A stretch of DNA of 64,000 bases from NCBI RefSeq assembly GCF_009914755.1, contig NC_060932.1. The stretch is one strand, 5' to 3'. The first letter of the stretch is position 1. Each line of letters opens with the position of its first letter. The translations under genes were made by a program, and so were the position numbers. Below the pieces are notes generated by a model. The model saw nothing but the letters and a program-made list of their open reading frames with translations, did not search any database and was not told where the DNA came from. Source of the stretch: the human T2T-CHM13v2.0 reference genome, Homo sapiens. Shown here in pieces: positions 37,349-64,000 of this stretch.

Positions 37349-37504
37349 TATAATATATCTTATACAGTAGTTGGTATAAAATTTTAAATTTTACCATGAA
37401 TTATTTTCTTACTATGGTTTTATCTCACTTAAACCTCACAACCCTATGAAGTAAGAGCTACGTTTACAAATGAGAAAACTAAGGCTAAGAACGTTAGGAA
37501 ATGA

Positions 37505-39398
<1,894 letters not shown>

Positions 39399-39649
39399 TC
39401 CCCTGCAAACACAGTGCATCTTTGTGCCTTGTACCTTATGTCTTAACACAGTGCTTTGCAGAGGAAATGTTTGTTGAATCAGTAACATTTATATGCACTT
39501 GACTGTCATAAAAGCACCTTGCAGATATCTAGAAGAGACATCACAAATGGCTCATTTAAACTATACAAAAACTAAGTGGCTGTTCAGATGGCCAGATTCA
39601 GATTCAAATTCCAATCCCTAGCACATTATTAGCTATTTAAAGGCCTGGA

Positions 39650-39950
39650 TTAGCTGGGTGTTGTGGTGTACACCTGTAGTCCCAGCTACCCAGGAGACTG
39701 AGGTGGACAGATTACTTGAGCCCAGGAAACTGAGGCTGCAGTGAGCCAAGATCATGCCACTGCACTCCAGCCTGGGAGACACAGCCTTGAGACCCTGTAT
39801 CAAAAAAAAAAAAAAAAAAAAAAAAAAAAGCCTGGGAGTGGAGTCAGGGGAAGGAGGTACATGCGAAGGTTTGTTACATAGATAAACTCATGTCATGGAG
39901 GTTTGTTGTATAGATTATTTCATGACCCAGGTATTAAACCCCAGTACCCA
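39650..39950. mobile_element. Alu right monomer (+, 39650-39829) and L1P 3' fragment (-, 39858-39950)
   Basis: GGTTTGTTACATAGATAAAC...GATTATTTCATGACCCAGGTATTAA matches the L1PA 3' end. Confidence 0.7.
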
Positions 39951-40067
39951 ACAATTTATAAAGTGCCATTTGAGCATGGTGATGATATTTTAATATTTTA
40001 CCTCTCTGAGCCTAGCACAGTACCTGGCACACACTAGGTACTGAACAAATAGTTATTGGATGAAGGA

Positions 40068-42486
<2,419 letters not shown>

Positions 42487-42520
42487 CAATAGTATTTTAT
42501 TAATAGTAGAAAAGACTTTT

Positions 42521-42870
<350 letters not shown>

Positions 42871-43089
42871 TTATTCTAATACTTCACTTTAATGGCTGTC
42901 ACAGGTGAGAAGATATTTTGAAGAGATATTTCATAAAGATATTTAGATTTAAATGGAAGAGATGCATTGTTATTGGCTATATCTATTAAAGTACTCATTT
43001 TCTTTTTCAGTCCCATCATCCAGTTCTGTAAAGGTTTTTGTCGAAGTTTGACTAGTAAATTTCCATTCTCTCTGCTGTCAGTCAGTAAT

Positions 43090-43330
43090 TCCTTCCTTCC
43101 TTCCTTCTTTCCTTCCTTCCTTCCCTCCTTCCTTCCTTCCCTCCTTCCCTCCCTCCCTCCCTCCTTCCCTCCCTCCTTCCTCTCTCAATCTGTCTCTTTC
43201 TTTCTCTTTAATAGAGACGGGGTCTCGCTGTGTTGCCCAGGCTGGTCTCAAACTCCTGCGCTCAAGTGATCCCCCACTACTCAGCCTCCCAAAGTGCTGG
43301 GATTACAGGCATGAGCCACTGTGCCCAGCC
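43090..43330 (-). mobile_element. FLAM/Alu monomer whose tail has expanded into (TTCC)n/(TCCC)n
   Basis: TSD TCAGTCAGTAATTC at 43078-43091 and 43331-43344 encloses both the repeat and the monomer. Confidence 0.8.
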
Positions 43331-43677
43331 TCAGTCAGTAATTCTTGCAAACGAATTTAAAGACACTGCCTTTTATTTTTTCATCAAATAAATTTTAAGA
43401 CCCACTGAAATGCATTAACTGGAAAATGTTTAAACAAGTAGAAAATTGTGTTTCAAAAATTCCAGTGCAATATATATATTAGATAGAGTTTTAATAGGAC
43501 ACGAACACACACACACACACAGTTTCCCATGCAACAAAGTCACATACTGATGGAAATATTTCCAAGACACTCTCTCCAAACTGTTTATTTCAAAACCCAT
43601 CTACACTAAAGGGAGTGGGAAGGAAGGAAGTTAATCTCTCACTCATTGCTAAAACTTTACCTTAAAAGAAAATGTGC

Positions 43678-44989
<1,312 letters not shown>

Positions 44990-45324
44990 TAGAGAAAACA
45001 AATGGATGTTGTAATATTTTCTTTCTGTTCTTTCTGAACTTGTAGTAGATTGCCTTGAGGACCCTTTGGATGTCCAGTCTCCACTTTCAATACCATTCGC
45101 CTTAGCAAATATGAAGAAATTTAAAATTATCCAGGAGAAATACAGTTTCAGTAAAACAAATGCAGAGGAATTACATAGGATAATCAAAACAACTTCTTAA
45201 ATATAATTTGAGAAATAAAAGGAGGCTGAGTTTAGATTTTAAAATCTGATAATAATGAAATGTGATTTTTTTGAAGTGTAATTTTAAACGTAAGATTAAT
45301 ACAAGGCTGCATTATAAGAGTGTC

Positions 45325-45911
<587 letters not shown>

Positions 45912-46938
45912 TCACTTGATCCTTTATAGAGTTCCATGTCTCATACTGGGCATCTCCTCTAAAATCTAAAGAAAACATGGAGAATTTGGGAAAAACTCCT
46001 ATGAGAGTCATAAAATATTTTTTAAAATGACAGAAAAAGTTAAAAGAGCTGGGGTTGTTTATCTTAGAAAACTCAGGGGAATTTAAGAGTCTTCTTGCGT
46101 ATGAAGAGTTATAATTCCTTAAGGTCTACTTAAGTCTTTGACACATCTGGCTGGGCCAGACACAGATTCCTTAGAGAATTTGTTAAGGAAATAACAGCAA
46201 TGCACCTCTTTATGCCAGAAGCTATTAAGCCCTTGCATTTGAAATAGGTTCAATCATTAATTGCACATAATAGAAGTAAATAACTGAGTCACCAAATGAA
46301 CAGTGTTTAAGAAAAGCTATTATTCCCCACTGATAAGCAACTAAAATAATAGTTATCTTCAAAGTCCACCTAGCAGGTTTAGTCCACCTACCCTAATATG
46401 ATCCCCTGGACGTAGAAACTGCTGACACGACTTATGTAAATAAATTATTGTCAACTATTAACAGACTTTTATTTTATGTACATAATAGACTAAATGAGAT
46501 ACAGAAAAAAAGAGAAAAATGAATGATTTATATTTTATTCTTGACATTCATAAAAACAAGATTGGAAGACAATGAGATTTCCCTAATAGGAAAGTATAAT
46601 AATATTATTTTAGATAATTAATGGTCTTAGGGAAATTTAAAATAATTTCTAGCTACTTTTTATCAAAAAGCTGATGCTAGCAGTTTAAGTGTTCTGATCT
46701 CCTAACACTTCCCCTTGATTTTTCTCATGAGTCTAATACAGAAAATGAGAAAGTCCTGTGATCTGAAAAGCCTTATATTTGATCCTAATGTAGTCTTGTT
46801 TTAAAATAGAGTTTCCTACCTGTTATGAAACATACTTGAACTTCAAGCATTTCAGTTTTGAGTTTGAATTGGCTAATTTGGCCCAAGAAATGACGTTCAG
46901 CTTTGGGCCTCCCACCTATACCCTACCCCACAAAATGA

Positions 46939-49015
<2,077 letters not shown>

Positions 49016-49091
49016 GAGTTTTTCTAACTGTATCTTGGGTTGCTTTATGTTTTATTAAATTGTTTTGCTCAGAAAATTTAATAAATTAGTC

Positions 49092-52815
<3,724 letters not shown>

Positions 52816-52845
52816 AAAATACATAAAATGTTTGTGGGAGGTGAT

Positions 52846-52848
<3 letters not shown>

Positions 52849-52902
<54 letters not shown>
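52849..52902. repeat. (TG)27 microsatellite, 1.2 kb upstream of the SGK3 CpG island
   Basis: Read directly; uninterrupted. Confidence 0.95.
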
Positions 52903-52904
<2 letters not shown>

Positions 52905-54079
52905 CTTCACAATAGGACAAATTTATCTAGAAATGTAATGGTTCCCAGATGTTTATTTTTTTAAAAAGTCAAGATGTGGTGATAGCCAGGTATTTGTCTC
53001 TAAAGTGAGAATGATGTTATTCCACTTGGAGTTTATTGACACAGAACTTCCTTTTGTCTGAGAAATCTTCAGCACTGTGAATATGGCTTTAATTAAGAGA
53101 TACACTCATCACTTGTTGATTTTGTTACAAGGGAAGAACTCCTCTAATGTATGTGGATTGCTTTGTGGACCACAGTAAAACATATAAAGGACCACCGGCA
53201 ATGTATTGTTTTGTATCTACTGCATTCTTATATTCATTTCTGAAAACTACTGTTTAGAAAGTTCTGTAGGATTACTGAAGTACAAAAAGTATTTGGATTC
53301 ACAATCCACTTTTTAAAGAGAGGCCACATTGTGGTTATTGACATTAAAAATGAATGTCCTAACCCATACTTGTGGGGCTAAATCTTTGAATATCATTTTA
53401 AAACATGAGGAAATGTCTTCTGAATTTAGGGAAGTCACACATAGATCCCAGTTCCTCTAATAACCTTTGGCAGTTTATTTGTTCATAGATTTGTGGCAAA
53501 TTCTCTGGAATCATATGATCTAAAGTACAAATCATTGTCTCAAAATCTAAGGCATGATATGCACATGGGAATCTTTAAGTACTTGTCTGAGTCTATCTTC
53601 AAGTGATATCTGATAAGACCTAAATTACAGTAGTGTTGTGGGACGAAGAAAACAACCCACTCTACTTCAAAATCTTAACCACTTGACTCCACATCCATTG
53701 AACCATGTAATTCTTAGTTCTCCACTCAGCTTCTCTATCTGTTAAAAGAGATAAACAGATCTAAAACGCAGCTTCTGTAATTCAAGAATGAGTAATAAGG
53801 AGCTGTAAAGTGTGCACTCAGCTGACTTGGAGATTAATGGGAATAAAAAAAAGAGTCAGTAGATCTAAAAAGATGTGTGGAAAGGAAATTTCTCTGCACA
53901 CAGGATCTGCCAATTTGTGAAAGTTCTCGACTGTTTATAAACACAAGGGCCGTAACTCTGCTAATGACAAAAGTGGAAAACTGTCCAAATAATGCTAAAT
54001 GAATCACAGTTGTTCTCAATTATTTGGATATTTAATTCACTCCTCTGAGTTTCCAGTTTACACCAAGCCAACCCCCCCA

Positions 54080-54970
54080 ACACCACGGGCCCACCCGGGG
54101 GGTCCTGATCCCTGCACACACCAGGTCATCTCTGTTGGGCCCCGGCGCTCTGGCCCGCGCCGGTCTTGGGCCCCAGGGTAGCGGCCACTGCGGGCGGAGC
54201 AGAGGGAAACACCAGAGTCTGTGACTCCAGACAGGACCCACTGTGTCCTCTTGAACTTTGCACAGCGCGTGACGGGGGCAGACGGTGCACCGTGGCCCGG
54301 CCTTTCGCGGGGGTCCTCGGGGAAGAGAGAGGAGCGCGGGTTTCCTCGGAGGCCTGAGCGGGACGCAGCCTGCAGCCCCTCCCCGCACGGGCTGCCCCCG
54401 GCCCGCCGCTCGCGCCGCTCTGCTGGGATCCGGCGCCTTCCCCGGCTGTCCTCGGCCTCCCGCGCGCTCCGCGGGAGGAGCCGCCAGCGGCCGTGACGCG
54501 TCAAGGAGGAAACGCCGGCGCCCGGCGGCCCTGCCGGGAAGGAGGAAGCGCAGTGCGTTCGGCTCCGCGCCCGCCGCGCCGGGAGCAGCACCGCGGGGCC
54601 AGGTAGGTGCGGGGCCGGCGGGAGGGTCCGCGCGCCCGGGACTCCGACGGCGGCCCGGGGCGGGAGGAGACGGGGCGGGGCGAGGGCTGCCCGGGCCTCG
54701 GCCGCTGCCTGTCCTCGGAAAAAGCCGTACCTCCGCCCAGCCCCCGGCTCCCGGAGAGTTTGTGGTCTTTGTTTCCACGAGGTGAATTCAGATCCTGCCT
54801 CGAGATTCCTAAACGCCCAAGGGGCGTCGGTGGCTGGACCTTGTTAACCCCCACGCAGCCGCCGAGCCTGGAGGAACTGGGAACGCCGAGCAGGGAGACC
54901 CTATCTGAGGTCGAAAGTGGGTGCAGGTCACCTGCGAGGGTCGGGGAGGGGGCAGCCGCCAGAGTGGGGT
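54080..54970. promoter_or_regulatory. SGK3: CpG island, SGK3 promoter
   Basis: Very high GC and CpG content, GC boxes (GGGGCGGGGC at about 54672), CRE-like palindrome TGACGCGTCA at 54494-54503. The SGK3 assignment rests on the known gene order VCPIP1-C8orf44-SGK3. Confidence 0.8.
54535..54602 (+). other. SGK3: SGK3 non-coding exon 1 (start approximate); intron 1 runs to the window end
   Basis: Strong donor CAG|GTAGGT at 54602/54603 inside the CpG island; no PX or kinase coding sequence in the window. Confidence 0.65.
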
Positions 54971-56429
54971 GGATGGAATCGTTTAACCTGTTGTCAGCGG
55001 ATCTGTAGTAAAAGACCTTAATACGTTGCGTCTTTTAAGTTCTCTGTAATTTGAACCCTTACGTCTCTTCAAGTGAATCTGGCCCTATTAATTCTCACAG
55101 TTTTAGCTTTGGAATGTACCCACAAGAAGTGCTTTGAGATTTTTAGATTCTGTCATTTTTAGTCATCGTTACTTGGAAAGAGAAAAGAGAAAGGAATCAT
55201 CTCTTGAAACTTAAAACGCTTTCATTGAGTTGTGCACAGTGACTTCTGAACCATGAGTAGAATTTCAGTCCTGCACCAGAGACTACTTAGTGTGCACTTG
55301 GGTGCAAAATAAATACAGAGCACTGTAATTTCTAAATCTTTTGTCAAAGTGAAAAATAGACTGTTGTGTATTTTGATTCTCTCCCTTCTCACCAGATTGA
55401 GACTTCACCCAGCCAATCTGGGAGGTGCCTTTTTTTATTTACCAAACACTTACATAGCCCTTACTATGCGCTGGGCTCTTTCTAAGTTCTTTATAAATAT
55501 TAAATCAAATTCTTAACTTATCATATTATAGCGGTTCTAGCAATGAAGAGGCTATCCATACTTTAGTTCCCCAAATGTCATTGGAAGAGCTGTAAACATT
55601 AGAGGAAGTTTTAGGCATGTTTTAGCACCGGGTGTGCCTTCTGGTCCCCTTGGCTACCACTTCTGTAAGACAAGCCACCACCCCAGCATTTCCCTGGGGT
55701 AAGGGAGCCTGGAGCTCCTGGGAATGCGACCTGTTCAAAGCAGATGTTGGCCAGAACCTGAATGACTTGTGTAACATGGTCTCTTTCAACTGCCGTTGTG
55801 CCCATCGGCTAACTCTGGAGACACCAGAACTTCCCCTTCTTTAACTGCCACTGCATGGAGCCTACTTTTGTTTTTGAAAAGAGCTTTGTTCCTGATCTGT
55901 TCGACACTGTTTATATGACATTATTTATATGACATAGTTTAGATATGAGGGTCAGATTGAACTTGAAATGTACTATAAAATAGAACATTTTTGTTTGCAC
56001 ACATCAACATAACAAATAACGTTTTGTAATTTTACTGCTATTTGCTCTTGGAAACATTGAATTGGTAGGTCAGCCTCATAGGTGTACCTTTTGTGATTTG
56101 CAGATATGCAGAGAATATTTTTTCAGAATAACATGCCCTCTTCAAATGTGCACCATTAGAGACCCAATGTGGTGACTAAGATAGACATGATTCTTGTTAT
56201 TGTGACTATGAATGTAATGTCAAAATCTGCACATCAGACTAGCTTTCTGACTCCCTCACTCCCTTTCTGTGCCCCCCTCCCTTATCTCTCTCTCATATAT
56301 TTAACTTTTCAGAGAGATGATTAAGTGAGCCGATAAGCCTTATTTAATAGGATTATGAAGTGTCTCTTGAAGCAAGAAGGCTCATGTTCCTCTGATATAT
56401 TAATAATTTATGACACAACAGGCATTAGT

Positions 56430-56715
56430 GTCATTTGTGAATTCAGTTTAGTCGGATGACCCCTAGCATTTTCATGGCTTACAAAGTGCTTCCAGACATA
56501 CTCCTTTACCTTTCAGAGAGATCTTGTATGGTTGATCTCTTAATTACTTTTTATTACCTGTTTTTACAGATGAAGAAACTGAGGCATGGAAATGTTAAAG
56601 TGCTTTAGCCTGGATTGCACAGCAGGTGAGAGGCAGAGCTTGAATGGAGGGCAGGTGTGTGGACAGTGCCTGGCACGTGCAGGCCTGTAATAAACATCTG
56701 TGGAATGAATGACTC
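56430..56715. mobile_element. MIR (-) and L2/MIR 3' remnant
   Basis: TTTTACAGATGAAGAAACTGAGGCA and ACAGTGCCTGGCAC...AATAAACATCTGTGGAATGAATGA. Confidence 0.7.
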
Positions 56716-56975
56716 CAAATGGCTTCAGATATCTTGCTCTTTCAAAACATGTCTCTCAAAATACCGTAGTAATTGATTTATGCCTGAGAGATTTCCAGGC
56801 CTAATCCAATGCCTCTCTCATTTCAGACAGTATCTAATACAGCACATTTTCTACAAAAAGGATGGGAATCCCTTTGGACTTATTTCTTAAGATTTGCCAC
56901 CTCTGGTTTTTGAAAAAGAAAATAGGTTGGGTATTTTTTTCATCCTACCTTTTTTCTCTAGTTTTGAGAGTTTAG

Positions 56976-57321
<346 letters not shown>

Positions 57322-58270
57322 ACAGCTTTCTTATCTTTCTAAACTACTTAGATTTATGATCAAGTTCAAACTCAATGATCATAGGTATTGTAAATATTTT
57401 TGAAATAAAACTATGTGTTTTATTGAAATGTTGCAATGAATTTAGCATAAAGGGTCTTTAAAAACACACACAAAATTCCTCAACTATTTATATGCTTTAA
57501 GTATAGCCCTTGGTACCTAAAGTATGTGATTTCCAGGTGGATAACCTTCAATTAGAGGGGATAATATGGCCATTACCTGGCAGGAGGAATTGAGAAGAGT
57601 TATCAGGGAGATATGAGAGATGGGATGGCCTTTCCCATGAGGTGTATTAGGCAGTAAGAAACCCTTAATGAAGCCAGACTGAGTCATCTGCCTGTCAACG
57701 TTCTTCTGTGTGGGAGTGGAATAAAATACCTTTGAAACCTGTCTTGTTTCAGAAACCACTTTACCTTTTCCAGTTCTCATGTTTTCTCTTTTTGAAAAAA
57801 ATTAATGTAAATTACTGACTAAACTGCTGATTCATGAAACTCAACTTATGTAACATGTTATTCCTGACAGATGTAACAGCTCCCATATTATTTTAAGCGA
57901 CTCAGTGTCTCTGTTTTCCTTTACCTTTTCCATTTCTCATGGTGGAGACTTTGCTCTCATTTCACTCTCCCCTGCCCAGTATCATGGAGAAAAGTGGTAA
58001 ATCTAAGAGGTGCTACTTCCGCATCTTGTAGTTCACGTCAAAGTAGTTTTAACTCAATGCTAACTTTCAGTTGTCATTGCCGAGGAAGACAATGTGGAAA
58101 TCAGATGTTGAAGGCCAATTCAAAGCGTCACCCAGTAAAATTGTATTGGCTGTCTGAAGCTGAGCTAGAGGGTTTTCAAAGGGAATTAGGGCAGTGTGCA
58201 GTATCCTTGCCTTTGGAGAAATAGTAAAGGACTTGAGAAATTGGACAAAGTCCTGAAAACCTGCCTAAGT

Positions 58271-58287
58271 TCACCTCCTGGTGGCCA
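58271..58287 (-). promoter_or_regulatory. Candidate CTCF site
   Basis: Minus strand reads TGGCCACCAGGAGGTGA, close to the CTCF core TGGCCACCAGGGGGCGC. Confidence 0.45.
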
Positions 58288-58682
58288 CTGTTCTTCTATT
58301 ACGCTAAAGCAAAATCTGCTTTCTTTGGGCGGGGGGGTTGGGGGTGACTGAAAGAAACATGAAGATACAAGGGGAATTGTTAGAGGATGAGGGACTGATA
58401 ATATGTAAGACGGAAAATGGAGATGTGTGTGAAGTAAGTGATGTTAGTGAGGTCTTGTGGCAGAGGATTCCTGTGCAGTGCAGCTGTGCTTCTCCTAACA
58501 GGGCCATACATATAGGAAAGACCTATATGAAATGAAAGTTTGAGAAGAACTAGAAACATCTCTTGGCATGATGTGATATTGGTGGGCAGAGTTACTTTGT
58601 ACCATCAAGTGCAGAAGTGTTCTTGTAGGTAGCTTTCTTCAAGCCACTAAGCGAGCTTGTTGGCAGATAATTAAAATGTAGA

Positions 58683-61390
<2,708 letters not shown>

Positions 61391-62121
61391 TCCTGTTTCT
61401 TATTTAACACTATATATAGACATCTATAGATCTATATCGTTAGTTTTGATAGCTGCATAGTATTCCGCTTTATAATTGATTATCAATTTTCTGTTATTTC
61501 TGTTGCTGACATATATACCATTTTGAGTCTTTTAAAATATATTTAAATCACCAAAGTAATACTTTTTTGGACAAATAAAAGAAGAAATAGAGAAAATAAG
61601 AATTACCAGTAAATCTATCGCTCATTGGCAAGCGGCTATTAGCATTTTGGAGTATATCCTTCTAGGCTTTTATTTGTGTGTGCATGTGCATATCTTCAAT
61701 GCCATTTTTAAAAGTTTCTCTTATACAGGCTTGCTTTGTTGGTTAGAGAATCACACTTACGTAGCCAGCCAACGTCACAGATTCCATGCACCTTTGAACC
61801 AGTTATTTTACTGTTTCCTGGCCACCTGCCATGCCCCAGCCCTGGCTAACACTCTTGGAAATTTATACTACCGCTCATAAAGGGAATGAGGGTGTGTGGA
61901 TAGACTGACAAATCCATCCAAATTAACATAAAGCGCATGTTCTTCTAATGAGAGTCCGTCAATATTCGTATTATAAGTTCATCTAAGATACAAGATATTT
62001 AAGAAGAGAAATGATAGGATGTTCACATGTAATTGATTGTAATCACTAAAGGAGAAGCAGAAATAATTGACTTGAACCAAGGAAAAAGTGGCTGTTCTAA
62101 ATTTCAGTTAGGAATTAGAAC

Positions 62122-62735
<614 letters not shown>

Positions 62736-64000
62736 AGAAATTAGAACAGTTGAACTGGAGATGTTTTGAAATACTCGTCTAATAATGAGTACATTGTTTA
62801 CAGTATAATTGGTTTAAACAGCACCGCCACCAATGGTGGGAATAGGTGACCTTGAAGTTTCTTGTGATCCTATCATAGGCTGTCTCAGAGTCAGTAACAC
62901 TTGACTTAGTATAATTTCATGCACACAGCTCCCTCTTCACATACTAAAGCCACCAGTCTTTCCAGATAGCATCGGTCTGTGCTGACATCTCTCCATCCAT
63001 CCCCTTTTCTTCCCCCAAGGTGTGAGTACACAATCTACAACACACAGTGTATAGCAGGTGTGGGCTCCTGCACCCTTTGTGGCCTCCCCTGCTCTCTGAG
63101 AGTTTGCTCTCCTTTATAAACCTTGTTCTTTTTTTCTCTTCTTCCACCTCTTGCATTAAGAAAAGTTCTGTCTTTTCTCTATCCCACTCTCTTCATGTTG
63201 GTCTTAAGCAAAATGGATACTAATCATGGTAATACATTTAAGAGCAGGCCTTTAAGAAGGAAAAGGAAAGCTTTTAGTTTGGGAAGAAACATAGACATTA
63301 TAAAGAACTAGTGGTTTCAACCTTTGAAGCCCTTGAGAATACCTAGTAATTCCTTTCAAAATATCCACAGAAGTCCACACCCACCTCCTCTTCTCTAAAT
63401 AAGCTCTTTTTCCTTAAGCATTGGCATGAACTATAAAATTTAAAGCTATTTATAATTTTTTTTTTTTTGCTCATGTCATTGCAACAGCATTGTTTTGTGC
63501 TATTTTTTTTTCCCAGTTAAAGATGACAGTCATGTTATGGGTTGAATAGAATGTTTTGGTCTTGAAAGCTAACTCTCAGATATGACCACTGTTCCTTTTA
63601 GAAAATATATGCAAAGTTCTATCAGGCTTTAAAATAACCTTTTTGTTTTCAAGTAAGTTAAAGACTAAGAAGGGTATCTTGGGCCAAAGGTTAGCAATCT
63701 TTGAGAAGTGGTATGTCAGGATTCCCAACCACTTCCTTCCAGATTTGTATCAGTAGAGATATACACTGGTGAAAGCTTGGATCAGATCCTTGGGACTTAC
63801 AGAAGAAGCAATACTGGTTCAGGAATGCTAGGTCCCTGCTGGAGACTCTTACAAGAGTTAGGGATAGAGGATCAGGCCCTGGAAACTGACTGCATACCAA
63901 CTTCAGCTTGCCTGTAAAGGTGCGTGGGCCAGATGGTATAGGAAGCTCTGCGCCGAGACAATAGCTACTTAAGCTGCACTGAGAGTAAAGGCTTATTTTC

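Noticed and set aside
46030-46500. Possible CR1/L3 or DNA-transposon remnant
   Set aside because: Similarity too short and degenerate to assign.
53999-55008. Overlapping 117-248 aa Arg/Gly/Pro/Ala-rich ORFs on both strands
   Set aside because: Typical CpG-island artefacts; no PX or kinase sequence.

Overview
Primate (almost certainly human) genomic DNA, very Alu-dense, recognisable as the chr8q13 VCPIP1 - C8orf44 - SGK3 interval. The minus strand carries the 2.7-kb first coding exon of the OTU deubiquitinase VCPIP1 (8713->6004) and part of its intron 1. A CpG-island bidirectional promoter (about 8300-9450; NRF1, ETS and four ZNF143-like sites) drives VCPIP1 leftwards and the C8orf44 transcription unit rightwards. 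C8orf44 has a 159-aa ORF whose N-terminal half runs into an exonised sense Alu. A second CpG island (about 54080-54970) holds the non-coding first exon of SGK3; no SGK3 coding exon is visible. The rest is Alu, MIR, L1, L2, LTR and MER repeats, including a near-consensus AluYb8. The most interesting observation is that five splice-signal-bounded segments across C8orf44 (17945-27174) join in one reading frame with only three stops in about 197 codons and end ...KKDDFDWL* before an AATAAA. This suggests a decayed older gene or an Alu-free 120-aa isoform beneath the annotated ORF. A 41-bp inverted templated copy also lies between two truncated Alus in VCPIP1 intron 1. Gene names come from recalled protein sequence and synteny, not from a database search; repeat boundaries are approximate.
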